Below, one piece after another: positions 12,224 through 23,052 of a stretch of 64,000 nt of DNA; the first letter of the stretch is position 1, and every line of letters begins with the position of its first letter. Location: positions 98,703 through 162,702 of the forward strand of contig NW_005434532.1 of assembly GCF_000315625.1 (NCBI RefSeq). The letters run 5' to 3'. Source of the stretch: Guillardia theta CCMP2712 (lineage: Eukaryota > Protista > Cryptophyta). The notes beneath the pieces were generated by a model that did no database searches, was not told the origin of the DNA, and saw only the letters and a program-made list of their open reading frames with translations. The translations under genes and the position numbers were made by a program.

Positions 12224-13541
12224 TTACAGCTTCGGTAGGCCGGCAGACCTGAGGGCTCTGCTTGTCAGGAAGGGGAGGGAGCAAGAGCAAGGAGAGGAGA
12301 GAAGGAAGGAAGGGGGGTGTGACAATCAGGAGGAGAGGGGCAGGGCATGCTCAGAGGCGGAAGAGAAAGGAAGGGAGCAAGGGGACGGGGGGTGGATGCA
12401 AAGAATGGGAGGAAGAGCTGAAGAAGGAAGAGCCTGAGGGGAGGAGCTGACCCTAGCGCGCTGTTGATCTGAGGCTTCACTTGAGGCCAGTACTTCTTCC
12501 TAATCTCGGGCATCGCGCCGTAGGCGAAGACGCACGCGAGCGTTCCGACAGTCGCGCCGACGGCCATGTGACCGAAGAGACCCTTGCCTTGGAGAAGAGG
12601 GTAAGATGAGGAAACAACCTCCTCTAGAGCATCTCACCTGCCATGCTGCGACCAGAGACCAGAGACGCCAGCTGGAGGAGAGTTGATCAGTCAGGAGAAT
12701 CGCATGCTCTTGCCCATCACCATTCCTGCAGCGACGAAGTCGTTCTGCTTCTGCAGATTTTGATTCTAGAAGCCAAACAATGAGCTGGCAAGGTCGACAT
12801 TCGCTCCATGTACCTGAGTGATTCTGTAGGCGCGATCATCGACCCCATCAACGGTCAAAGGAACGCCATTGCGCATCTTCGTTCCTGCGAACTGAAGGGA
12901 TCCATCAGCTCCACGCCTCCCGGAGCCTACGGACTACCGCTAGGACGGTGATCGCTCCTGCGCCAAACAAATAGCCTCCGACAAAAAAGGACCTTGACAG
13001 GTTCATGTCAGGCAAGCATCGTCGACAAGCTTGCGTGCTTCTCACCCTCCAACCCTTGGCATGACTACAGAGAAGAGCTTCTCTTTTCTGCCCTTCTGCA
13101 TCCTAACGATCAAGTCAGACACTTGAGCACGGAGATCAGATCTTTGGGCCTGTACCATCGCAGTGGAGCAATGATGCCACACGCTAGAATAGATCCGACC
13201 TTCAACACACAGTCGTCATGTCAACGCACAGGCGTCAGGAGCCAAGATGTCCGCATTTGATGTCAAGAGAAAAGAAAACTCCTCGAGCAGTTGAACTCAT
13301 ACCTGTGCTGTGCGAAATCCAACATGGTTGACGAACACAGCACCTGATTGCGTTGAATACCGAGACATCTCCACATGCCCGACACTCACCTGGATATTCC
13401 GGCATGTTCGGATCAGTATACTTCGATCTGTCTACTTTCCTACAATTGAGAATGCAAGTAAGATCAACCTCAAGCTGACGTTCAGTGCAAAACCAACCTG
13501 CGAGGATCAACCGCTGCAAGCCTATCAACTCCTGTGGACAT
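12224..13541 (-). CDS. DUF1757-like membrane protein (about 10 exons)
   Basis: Spliced product MSTGVDRLAAVDPRRKVDRSKYTDPNMPEYPGAVFVNHVGFRTAQVGSILACGIIAPLRW...GVDDRAYRITQNQNLQKQNDFVAAGMLASLVSGRSMAGKGLFGHMAVGATVGTLACVFAYG...LPKL*. HVxFR/KxxQxGSxL and DRxYRxxxN motifs match this family as recalled. Confidence 0.65.
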
Positions 13542-14879
13542 CTGCCCAGAGGTGTCAACATTAGATCATGTCGGTAAGCTATAGCATGATTTCAGGTTTT
13601 TCTTTCCTATAGCATAGCCAACTAGCGTGATGTTCATAGTGAAAAACTACAGAAAAGAGTTTGCATTATCTTGCTCTATTTAAACCACAGTGATCGGTAA
13701 AGGAAAAGAGCTTTAGATCAAGTACGAGCGTTCACTAGACACAAAAAACTACATCGACTATAAAAGCATTGATCAACGGCAGTTCAAAAGGAGCCATATA
13801 ATGCTAACCACACGAACCACATCAGACAAGAGTATACATGAATCAAGAAGCATTCGTGTCGGAGTGAGAGGTGAGGAGAGAATGAACAGCAGCATCTGAC
13901 TTGACTAGAAGCGACTAGGTGCATTGGAAGCTTGAGAAGCATCAGGCCATCCTCGTGACATCAAGTTGCATGAACACTAAGCAAGTCCTTCAGCATGGCT
14001 GTGTTTGACCATGGCTGCATATCATGTCGGCTTCTCAGTGTCAGGAGCATGTGCGGCTGATGCGAAGAACATTGGCTTCGTGGCAAAACTTCGCCATTTT
14101 AGCCGCGGAGGAGGTAATGTGAAGTGGAGGGGTCGTAAGCAAAGGGGGAGGTGGAGGGGGAGTCAGATAGGCCATGATGGGTAGGGTAGTCATCCATGGT
14201 AGGTAGAAGCAATGATGCAAAGGTAAGATGATGATGTGATGATATTATAGACAGAACTGAATAAATACTGAGCAAGAGAGGTCAGAAGACATACCCAATG
14301 TAGAGTATGGGGTACAGTTTGCTTGTGTGGGGGTGAAGTATTGTGTTAGGGGGTGGGGGGTTGTTGGAGCGCATAATGATCATACCTAGTCTAGAGGAAG
14401 GGCACATAAAAGTACTCAAGGGTGAAACTAAGGGTCTTCTTGACTCTAATATGGTGGTAGGGGTCATAACCCCCACCCACTCACACCAGTCTCTCAGTGA
14501 AACGTTACTACATAATATAACTAGCTGTTTGTCCCGGCAATGCCCGGAAAGAATTTAGGAGATATCTCGGCCCGGACAGCCGCTCGCCCGGCCGGTCACT
14601 GTGACACTGATGGGACTCCCGGGCCGGGCCGGGCCGGGCTTCCTCAAACCCAACTGACAACCTTTACACTGACAACTGTCGCTTGATTATCTTGTTCTCA
14701 ATGTGACTCGTCACTGGCACCATGACTAAGTTGCCGCCGCACCGTCCGACTGGCTGCCAGACTGGCAGTGCTGCGTTGCCAGATCGAACTTCGGAAGCGT
14801 CACTGTCTCGCCTCGTCTGGCAGCGCCCTCCCCTTGTCCACCCGCCAGTGGCTCCAGCGCTTCCGAAGTTCAAGTCAAG

Positions 14880-15586
14880 TCACCACCCTGGGTAGACTTT
14901 CTCCGGTCCTGGGGAGGTCAGCTGGTCAGAGAGCTCAACGAGCAGGTCGCCTCCTACGAGCATCGCCTTGCCGAGGAGGTCTCGTCGGTTTGCCGCTGCC
15001 TGCTCCTCCAAGGCAGAGACTGGCGATTCTAGGAGCGAGGTAAGAATGATGAGCTGCCGCGTGTAGCGGAAGAAGACGAGGAGGAGCACAGGAGGGGGAG
15101 GAGAAGGGGGGGGACCAGGAGGAGGAAGAGGAGAGGAGGGAAAGGAGAATTTTTGGGGAGAGGAGGAACGAGAGGAGGATACCTTGAGTCGGCGGTGTCA
15201 TCTTGAGACCACTGGCCCTGCAACACACGACGGTGAGGAGGAGACGAGCGGGGAGCTGGACTTTACCTTGACGTCCGGGACTTCCCTGGAGGAGCTGGTG
15301 GGGCAAGTCAGAGATCAGCGCAGTCGCGTCCGCCATGTCCATACACGACGAAGTAGGAGAGTGGAAGAACTTCAGCCGACAACTCCTGCGCCTCGACGTT
15401 GAGCGCTTCTGGGTACGCGTCCACGAGCAGGTCCACTACAGCTGCCAAACAAGATTCAGCTAGAAGAGGAGGACGAGGAGGACGAGGAGGACGAGGAGGA
15501 CGAGGAGGACGAGGAGGACGAGGAAGAGAGGACGAGGACGAGGACGACGAGGACGAGGACGAGGAGGACGAGGAGGACGAGGAAGA

Positions 15587-15646
<60 letters not shown>

Positions 15647-17850
15647 GACAAGGACGACGAGGAGGCAACAGGAGCTTAGAGGAGAGGGGCCGTTGCAGTA
15701 GATGACGAGAGGGATCCTTCGAGCCAGGAGTCAAGACGCGCCGCTCCCTCCATGTTTGCGTACCTTGCTGTGGAATCTTTCAACCTCGCGATCTCAGGCG
15801 TGAGAATTCTCCTGACGTTGCCGGCCATGGCATGAGGAGAAGAGCAGAGGACGTGTAGAGGCGTCCTCCTCCTCCTGCAGCGCCGGTGAGCTCAGGAGAC
15901 AGGCGGGCAGATTGCTGCTGACCGATCTTGGACGCAGATGGGGGAGGAGGGGATAGAAGTTTGTAAGATGAGGTTGCAAAGGTGGGATACAAGCTCCAGA
16001 GGATGGTTGCGCTGGAGCAGTAGCTGGGCCATCTTGAGGTGGAAGGGAGGTGGGAACGTGCCCTGGTATCTGAGGTAGAAGTCGACGAGCAGAAGCAAGA
16101 TCCCTTCCGCTCTCTCGTCCTGATGGCAGAAGAAGTTTCAGATGGCCAGCAGGTCAGGAGCGGCGACCTGCCTTGTCGACCGACAGCCTTTCGAGCTCGA
16201 GGTTCAGCTCGATATGGAGCATCTTCCAGGTGGAGGTGTACTGGGAGACAAGCACGTCACGCAGGTGGTCAGCAGCAGGACAGACAGCATGCCTCGCCCG
16301 ACCTCTCCTGGCAGAGGCGGTACACTCGGTCCACAGCAGCCTTGACCTCTGAACCCTCCTGCTGGAAGGCATGCTGGAAGTAGGAAGAGAGGACTTGGTG
16401 GAGGTCTTCCTTCGCTGCTGACCTGTGGAGCTTCTTCTTCACCGCTAACAGCATCTTCTCCAACGCCGCCTCGTCCAAACTTTGACAGGCTCAGTCAGCA
16501 GACCGACCCGTCCAGCAGCAAGTGGCCACTCACGTCTCTTGTGCTGGGCCGGCTGCCCCGGGTGATGGAGACGTCGAGGCTCCCTGCTGGCAGGTGAGGT
16601 GGAGGTGGCTGTTTCTCAGCTCGTGGCCTTACGGAGCTGCGGCGGAGATTCGCTATGGAGGATTTCCGACGGTTTGCAGCGACTTTGCGGATCCTGACAG
16701 GCGGTCACCAGGGGCCCAGCTGGGGTGGGGGAGAGAGCACTCAGTCTCCTTCTGCTGCTTGTCGACAAAGTCCTTCATCGTCTCAGCCTGCTCGAGGACG
16801 GAAAGGAGGGGGCAAGGAAGAGTTTTGCGATAGACCTGCACGTGGGTGAGGAGAGGAGAGGGAGAGAGGGCAAGCAACGGTCGCCACGCCGAAGTTCTCC
16901 TGCACTCTCAAGATGTAGAAGATGATCTTGAAGGAGATCTCAAGGAGCTCCTCAACAGATTGAACAAGAACAAGTACCAGGTCAAGAACGTCGATGTGAG
17001 TGCAGATAGAGTTGGAACAGACTTGATGCAGGATGGTCTGACCTTTCCTTTACCAAACGTGAGACAGGACGGTCTTCTATGAACAAGGATCAAGTCATCA
17101 AGTCACCTGTTCAAGGACATAACGGACTCTGGAAAGGCCTGGGAGCCGAAGAGATCAACGTGGAACTATAAGGCTCTCGTGGGGGACCTCGAGAAGGATC
17201 TGGAACATCTGCCTGGTCGCTGACACGTTGCTCGCGAGCAGGTGAACAGGAAGGTCTCCCTCAAACGATGAGAGCTTTGCACTCCTGAGAGTGACACGTC
17301 GACAGAAGTAAGGAGCAATGAAGCATGTTGAGAACGTGCTTGCCTCTTGTGTGAAAACAGAATGATCTCGAGCAGCGACAGCTCCAAACCTGTGTGCAGC
17401 ATATCAGACATGTGAAGATACAACTGAGACACTGACATGGGTTGGTACACAGATGATGTAGAGGCGTCATGCCCAGGTCGTCGGGGATGGCGCACTGGCA
17501 GGAGCGTCAAGGAGGAGCTGGCGGATGCTGGTCGGGCTTACGGCAGTCGGAGATTTCTCGACGAGCGACTTGAGACTTTGAGCCTCGACCGTCCGGTTCC
17601 TACAGAGATGATGGAGAGGGAGGCGACCCCGCCCATCGCATCTGGAAGGTTTTCTAAGAGGACGAGAGAGAGAGCGATAGCTACCTCATGAGATCGTCGG
17701 GTGATCGGACAAGTTTGTTGAGGAGCTGTTCGAGGTCTCGCATCGAATCTTGTTTGTCATCGTCGCTGTTGATCTTTCTTGCTTGAGTTTGACAGAGGAT
17801 GTGGAAGACAGAAAGATTTTGATCGTCTTCCCATAAGACCCCTGCAGGAA
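14880..17850 (-). CDS. Hypothetical multi-exon helical protein; may be continuous with the MORN/IQ 3' half upstream
   Basis: Chain of open exons (VYRKTLPCPLLSVLEQ, DEAALEKMLLAVKKKL, LLLVDFYLRYQG, LTSLLESPVSALEEQ) separated by GT-AG introns. Confidence 0.45.
15470..15665 (+). repeat. GAGGAC/GACGAGGAG compound microsatellite (intronic)
   Basis: Direct reading. Confidence 0.95.
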
Positions 17851-17921
17851 ACATGGAAACAAGATGCTCTGATGACGACGAGTAAAGAGGACAAGGATAA
17901 AATCATGAGGACGGGAAGAGC

Positions 17922-17952
<31 letters not shown>

Positions 17953-18168
17953 TGTCGTGGTGATCGAGGAGGAGTATCATCAAGACGAAAAAGGGGAGGA
18001 GGATGGGGAGAACAAGTTGTACAGTTCAGTTTCTCTAGAGGAAGTTCCAATGCCTACCTATGATCTTGTTGCTTGCACAGTTGTTTCCGCACAGATCGTG
18101 GAGGGGGATTCGGTTCCATCGTGATCTACAGCACTACGTAAAAAGCTTGCCGGAAAGATGAGAGGTTG

Positions 18169-19824
18169 TCACTTGTTCTTCGTAGTTACCATCACATGCG
18201 CTGAGGGGTGCGAGCAGATGAGAATCATTCCCTGCTCATGAAAAGCAATCACACCATCAACATCCCCTCTCCCACCCTCTTGGAACGCAGACTTCCCTCC
18301 TACGTCCCTACTACTTGCCTCGTACTTCCCTCCTACAACCCTCTCGTCTTCTCTCTGCCTGCTTGTCTCATCGTCCTCCTTGTCTTTTTCTCCTTTCCTT
18401 TCTCCTTCTGCCATCTTCAAGTCTTGTTCACTTGCCTTGAGGGTAATCGAAGGATTCATGCAGTAGACATGCAGCGGATTCAACTTCTTATCCCGCGGGC
18501 TCTTTGAGCGTGAAGGTAAGCCAGTCTCAAGGAGAAGAGTGAAGAGAGGGAAAAGAAGGAAAGGAAGGCACCAGCAAAGGTATGAGAGAAGAATCAGAGA
18601 TGGAGATGGAGATGGACACTGACTGACTGACTGACTGACTGACTGATTGACTGACTGACTGACTGACTGACTGACTGACTGACTGACTGACTGACTGACT
18701 GACTGACTGACTGACTGACTGACTGACTGACTGACTGACTGACTGACTGACTGACTGACTGACTGACTGACTGACTGACTGACTGACTGACTGACTGACT
18801 GACTGACTGACTGACTAAGACAGAGATAGAAACAGAGATAGAATATCGACAAGTGCGAACAAGTTTCACCTGCATCATCTCGAGGCAAACTTCATCAAGA
18901 AGCTCATCTTTGTCCACCAAACAAACCCGTGAGCAAACTGAAACAAGCATCTGCAGAGTCATCACCCAGCAAGCTCAGCGAAGGAGTAGGGTCGACGATG
19001 CCACATTCCTCAATCATCTTCTGATATGACGAGCTTGTTGTCTTCAAGACCATCCTCATCGCAGGTGAGACGACCGAGGGCCATGCCACGTCCTGCTCCT
19101 CGCTCCCCTGAAAAAGAGCGACTAACTTCTCGACTTCAGTCTGCTCCTCTTGCTTCATGGACTGATCAGAATCCGAGTCCGACCGGTTTAAGTCAAGAAA
19201 ACCCTCGTCCTCTCTTCCTCCTCCTGGTTTCACAGGCAACTTCCTCCTACTCCTCGTCCGCCTCCACCATCTCTGCAAGAAAACAGTCGACTTGAACAAT
19301 TTGTCCAGCCTGCTCGAGTCCCTGAACTCTCTTGTCTCTACCAGATCCTCTCTGATCTGTTTGCTCTCGGCCAGCTGCGCAGGGACGTTAGCAACAACAT
19401 CGCAGGCACCCGAGGTCTCACGAGAGCTTCAAGCTTCTCCTCGGCGATCAGCTTCTCTGCTACCTGGAATGCTGCGGGTGCTGATCAGCATGGCTGTCCT
19501 CTCGCTCTCTGCACACCTTGTCTCCCCGCCATGATCGCCTCCAGCACGACTTTCTTGGTGCGCTCCAACACGGCCACGTCGTCCTGCTCATGAAAGAGCC
19601 ACTGTGTCTGCGAGGCTGCGATCAGGAGGAGACAGGAAGGAGCTGAGGTACCGTGAACACCAACTGGTCGTTGACGAACTCGACAAGGGACTCTGGCTGG
19701 AACTGGTCAACGAAACTGGCGTCCAAGTCCTTAGCCGACAGGACTTGGTTGAGGTCGAAGAAAGGTTTCCCTGTAGAGCCAGTCCCATGCTTCTTGCCGT
19801 GGGACCATTCCCCGAAATAGCACT
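18169..19824 (-). CDS. 3' part of MORN-repeat/IQ-motif protein, lacking its native 5' exons in this orientation
   Basis: YFGEWSHGKKHGTG (MORN) followed by exons leading to STVFLQRWWRRTRSRR (IQ-like); 19330-19824 is an inverted copy of 22303-22797. Confidence 0.65.
18618..18816 (+). repeat. (GACT)n microsatellite, ~49 units, intronic
   Basis: Direct reading; one GATT variant near 18645. Confidence 0.99.
19330..19824 (-). repeat. 495-bp inverted repeat copy A (partner 22303-22797)
   Basis: Reverse complement matches 22303-22797 almost perfectly (one mismatch seen, AAAC/AAGC); the ORF track gives identical peptides on opposite strands. Confidence 0.97.
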
Positions 19825-20194
19825 GATATATCAGAGTCTGCGGACATTCCTTGACTTTTGATCGCATTCAAGTCGGCGGATTAGGCTTTAGGATGAACTA
19901 CAAGACATTTCGCAGCATGAATTATCATCAGTCTTGGTTAAAGTTCCAAATTAGACCAAAGAACGTGCATCTAATACAGAAGCATACTGTCCAATCTACA
20001 ACTTATCTTACACTTCAATTCGAAGCCTGAAAGTCTTTTATAACGTCTGACATCGCTATCACTTGACCAGGTGTGTTGAGGATTTGGACTTTACAAACTA
20101 CTTTATCATATCTTTCCTGTTTGTAGATTTTGCTTTGATTCACAGGTTTATTGTTGCAGATGAAATCGATTTGACATATTCGCTCCTGATTGTC

Positions 20195-20569
20195 TCAGGT
20201 CTGTGAACGAACCGGCAATGCTTCTGTACACAGTGTAACATCGGTATACGACGAAGATTTCTCCAACAACCCCTTCTCGCAAAGCTCACTTGTAGCCGCA
20301 GTTGGACTTCTAGGCGACGTTATTGTTTCTATGACTTCGCCCTTGCCTTTGAGCGCTGCTTGCCGCTTCTGAACTGCCGCAGACACGTTGGCAAGAAGTA
20401 TTGCTCCATCGGCAAGCACTTGGATCCTCTGAGAGGATAGGACTCCTCCACGACTATCCAGCAAGGAGCGACGTTGCAAGCGACAGGCGTTGGCGTCCAT
20501 GTAAGCCAGCTGACTGGGACTGAGAGTGAGCCTTGGAGATGGAGGATGGGGACGCCGAGTCGCAGGCAT
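20195..20569 (-). CDS. Hypothetical protein (MPATRRPHPPSPR...)
   Basis: Open frame from ATG 20569, divergent from the MORN gene; no recognisable domain. Confidence 0.4.
   Translation of the reverse strand: MPATRRPHPPSPRLTLSPSQLAYMDANACRLQRRSLLDSRGGVLSSQRIQVLADGAILLANVSAAVQKRQAALKGKGEVIETITSPRSPTAATSELCEKGLLEKSSSYTDVTLCTEALPVRSQT
20414..20568 (+). repeat. 155-bp direct repeat copy 1 (partner 22802-22956)
   Basis: aagcacttggatcc...cgcaggca identical except one substitution seen. Confidence 0.97.
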
Positions 20570-21174
20570 ACTTGATCGAAACTTGGACGAAGCTAACAGA
20601 GGGACCGATGCTGATCGCAAGAGGAGCAAGGGAAGGAGGAGGGAAGGAGGAGGGAAGGAGGAGGAGTGTTGGGAGTCGGGAGACTTTCAGGTCACGAGGA
20701 GAGGAATGATTTGTATGGGGGATGAAGGGTTTGCTCTCTGGCTAGGGTTACGGGGGAATGGTACGAAGAAGGCTTATCGGTCACGAGGTCAGGTCTCGTG
20801 ACTTCAGCCCTCTCAACAGCTTACAGTGCGGCTCCTTCCTACCCCACCCCCTCCTCGTCCTTCACCTCAGGACTCTCCCTTACCCAGGGGGTACGTGAAC
20901 ACCGTGACTCCAGCCGGTCAAACTGTGCCAGTGACTTGAAGCCTGTATCACTCAGTGAGTGACTGAGGCCCTTGACTGAGTTAAGTTAACCGTGACGGTC
21001 GGCACTGCAAGAGACCCTCACAGCTTCTTCAGTGTGACCGCCAGGTGAGCTCGTGGGCCAGACCAGTGAGTGTCCACGTGATACCTGATCCCCCTTACAG
21101 CCTGAGTTCAAAGTCACACTGTGTACACACTGTCACAAGTTCAGTTCAAAGTATTAAAATCTAAAAAAAAATCT

Positions 21175-21600
21175 AGAACGAGGCCCGTGACAATCACTGT
21201 CAGGATGGGCCCCCGGCGTCCGCTGTGACGGCGTTTGACCCTTTCACATTGAAACGTGGCACCGTTGAATTCAATGTGAGTGGCAAGAGGATTCCGATGG
21301 CCGATCGGATGCAGTGCCATAATCATGACCGTACCCGGGCCGGGGGCGCCGGGTACGGTCACTAGTACCGTAGTAACTTGGCCGGCTACCCGGGCCCGAT
21401 CTGACAGAAAGCCGGGCCGGGCTCGGACGACCGTGACTGTCGGACTGAGAGTCCGGAGTCCGATCAGCCGGAGGCTTCCGAGGCCGGGCCGTGCCAGACT
21501 GAGTGACCGACACCGGGGACCTGAACTCAGTTGGCTCACAGATCATCGGATCGGACTCCCAGGCTCCCGGACCGTTGGCCCTGGACGGAGGATGCGGCCC
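21175..21600. promoter_or_regulatory. GC-rich palindrome-dense intergenic island between divergent genes
   Basis: Dense CCGG/CCCGGG/GTAC/TGAGT words; 10-bp inverted repeat tcacattgaa (21244) ... ttcaatgtga (21270). Confidence 0.5.
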
Positions 21601-21711
21601 TTGTCAAACAATAATGAAGGGGGGGACGATGATGTCGGATGGAGTCAAGGGCATGCGAGGAACTTAGAGGCGCTCGCCCGCCGCCCTTTCAGACCTCTAG
21701 CCTTCCACTAG

Positions 21712-22797
21712 ATGGCAGAGGAGAGCCATGCATGGACGGTCGATGCCGTAAGAGGAGGAGGAGGAGGAGGAGGAGGCGAAGGAGGGGGAGTAAGAAATCT
21801 TGTTATGGTCCATGACATGGCATCCGCAGGCTTCCTGTCCGTTGGAAGAGATCGTCTACTCTCCTCCTTGCAAGTATGTCGGTCAGCTCCACCCGCAAAC
21901 GAGGATGTGGCATGGTCATGGAAAGAGCGTCAACAGCGACAGCAGACAGACGGTGAGGAAGTGATCGCCGACCTTCTTGTCTTTTTGATCCGATCCGATC
22001 TAACCTGACCTGACCTGACCTGACCTGACCTGACTTGATCTGATCTGATCTGATCTGATCTGATCTGATCTGTTTGTTTGATCTGTTCTTGTTTTCTCAG
22101 ATCTATGGCCGTTGGTCAGACGGAGTTCTAGTTGGTCCTGCTGTGATGGTGGACTCAACGGAGACGGCGTCCTCCGAAGGATTCAGGACGCGAGTCCTCT
22201 GCATTGAGATGGGGGGTCAGCACGCGCAAGGACTTGGAGTTGAGATGGTAGAGGTAGGAAAGTGCGAGGAGGTGGCAGGGAAAGGAAGTGTAGCAGAAGG
22301 GAAGTGCTATTTCGGGGAATGGTCCCACGGCAAGAAGCATGGGACTGGCTCTACAGGGAAACCTTTCTTCGACCTCAACCAAGTCCTGTCGGCTAAGGAC
22401 TTGGACGCCAGTTTCGTTGACCAGTTCCAGCCAGAGTCCCTTGTCGAGTTCGTCAACGACCAGTTGGTGTTCACGGTACCTCAGCTCCTTCCTGTCTCCT
22501 CCTGATCGCAGCCTCGCAGACACAGTGGCTCTTTCATGAGCAGGACGACGTGGCCGTGTTGGAGCGCACCAAGAAAGTCGTGCTGGAGGCGATCATGGCG
22601 GGGAGACAAGGTGTGCAGAGAGCGAGAGGACAGCCATGCTGATCAGCACCCGCAGCATTCCAGGTAGCAGAGAAGCTGATCGCCGAGGAGAAGCTTGAAG
22701 CTCTCGTGAGACCTCGGGTGCCTGCGATGTTGTTGCTAACGTCCCTGCGCAGCTGGCCGAGAGCAAGCAGATCAGAGAGGATCTGGTAGAGACAAGA
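21712..22797 (+). CDS. 5' part of MORN-repeat protein, truncated at the end of inverted repeat B
   Basis: Exons MAEESHAWTVDA | ...KYVGQLHPQTRMWHGHGK... | IYGRWSDGVLVG...CYFGEWSHGKKHGTG; homology to copy A stops at 22797 where an unrelated duplicated fragment begins. Confidence 0.7.
22004..22072 (+). repeat. (CCTGA)n/(TCTGA)n pentamer array in intron
   Basis: Direct reading; lies just upstream of the acceptor at 22100. Confidence 0.95.
22303..22797 (+). repeat. 495-bp inverted repeat copy B
   Basis: See copy A. Confidence 0.97.
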
Positions 22798-22801
22798 AAG
22801 T

Positions 22802-22956
22802 AAGCACTTGGATCCTCTGAGAGGATAGGACTCCTCCACGACTATCCAGCAAGGAGCGACGTTGCAAGCGACAGGCGTTGGCGTCCATGTAAGCCAACTG
22901 ACTGGGACTGAGAGTGAGCCTTGGAGATGGAGGATGGGGACGCCGAGTCGCAGGCA
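22802..22956 (+). repeat. 155-bp direct repeat copy 2, abutting inverted repeat B
   Basis: Matches 20414-20568; starts 4 nt after IR-B ends. Confidence 0.97.
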
Positions 22957-23052
22957 GCAGCTGGACACACTAAACCGCATCTGGGACTCAGCTGGGACTT
23001 GTAAGTTGAGAGATTGTGACTGACCGAGCTGGGAACAACGCTACAAGAATGA

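Noticed and set aside
12224-12644. Apparent stand-alone 58-aa QCR10-like small membrane protein (MAGKGLFGHMAVG...)
   Set aside because: An in-frame upstream exon and intron link it to the DUF1757-like gene; it is that protein's C-terminus.
18594-18965. (SQSV)n, poly-R, poly-E and poly-P ORFs
   Set aside because: Translations of intronic microsatellites.
19330-22797. DNA transposon with long terminal inverted repeats
   Set aside because: The repeats are internal exon/intron sequence of a host gene; no transposase or TSD.
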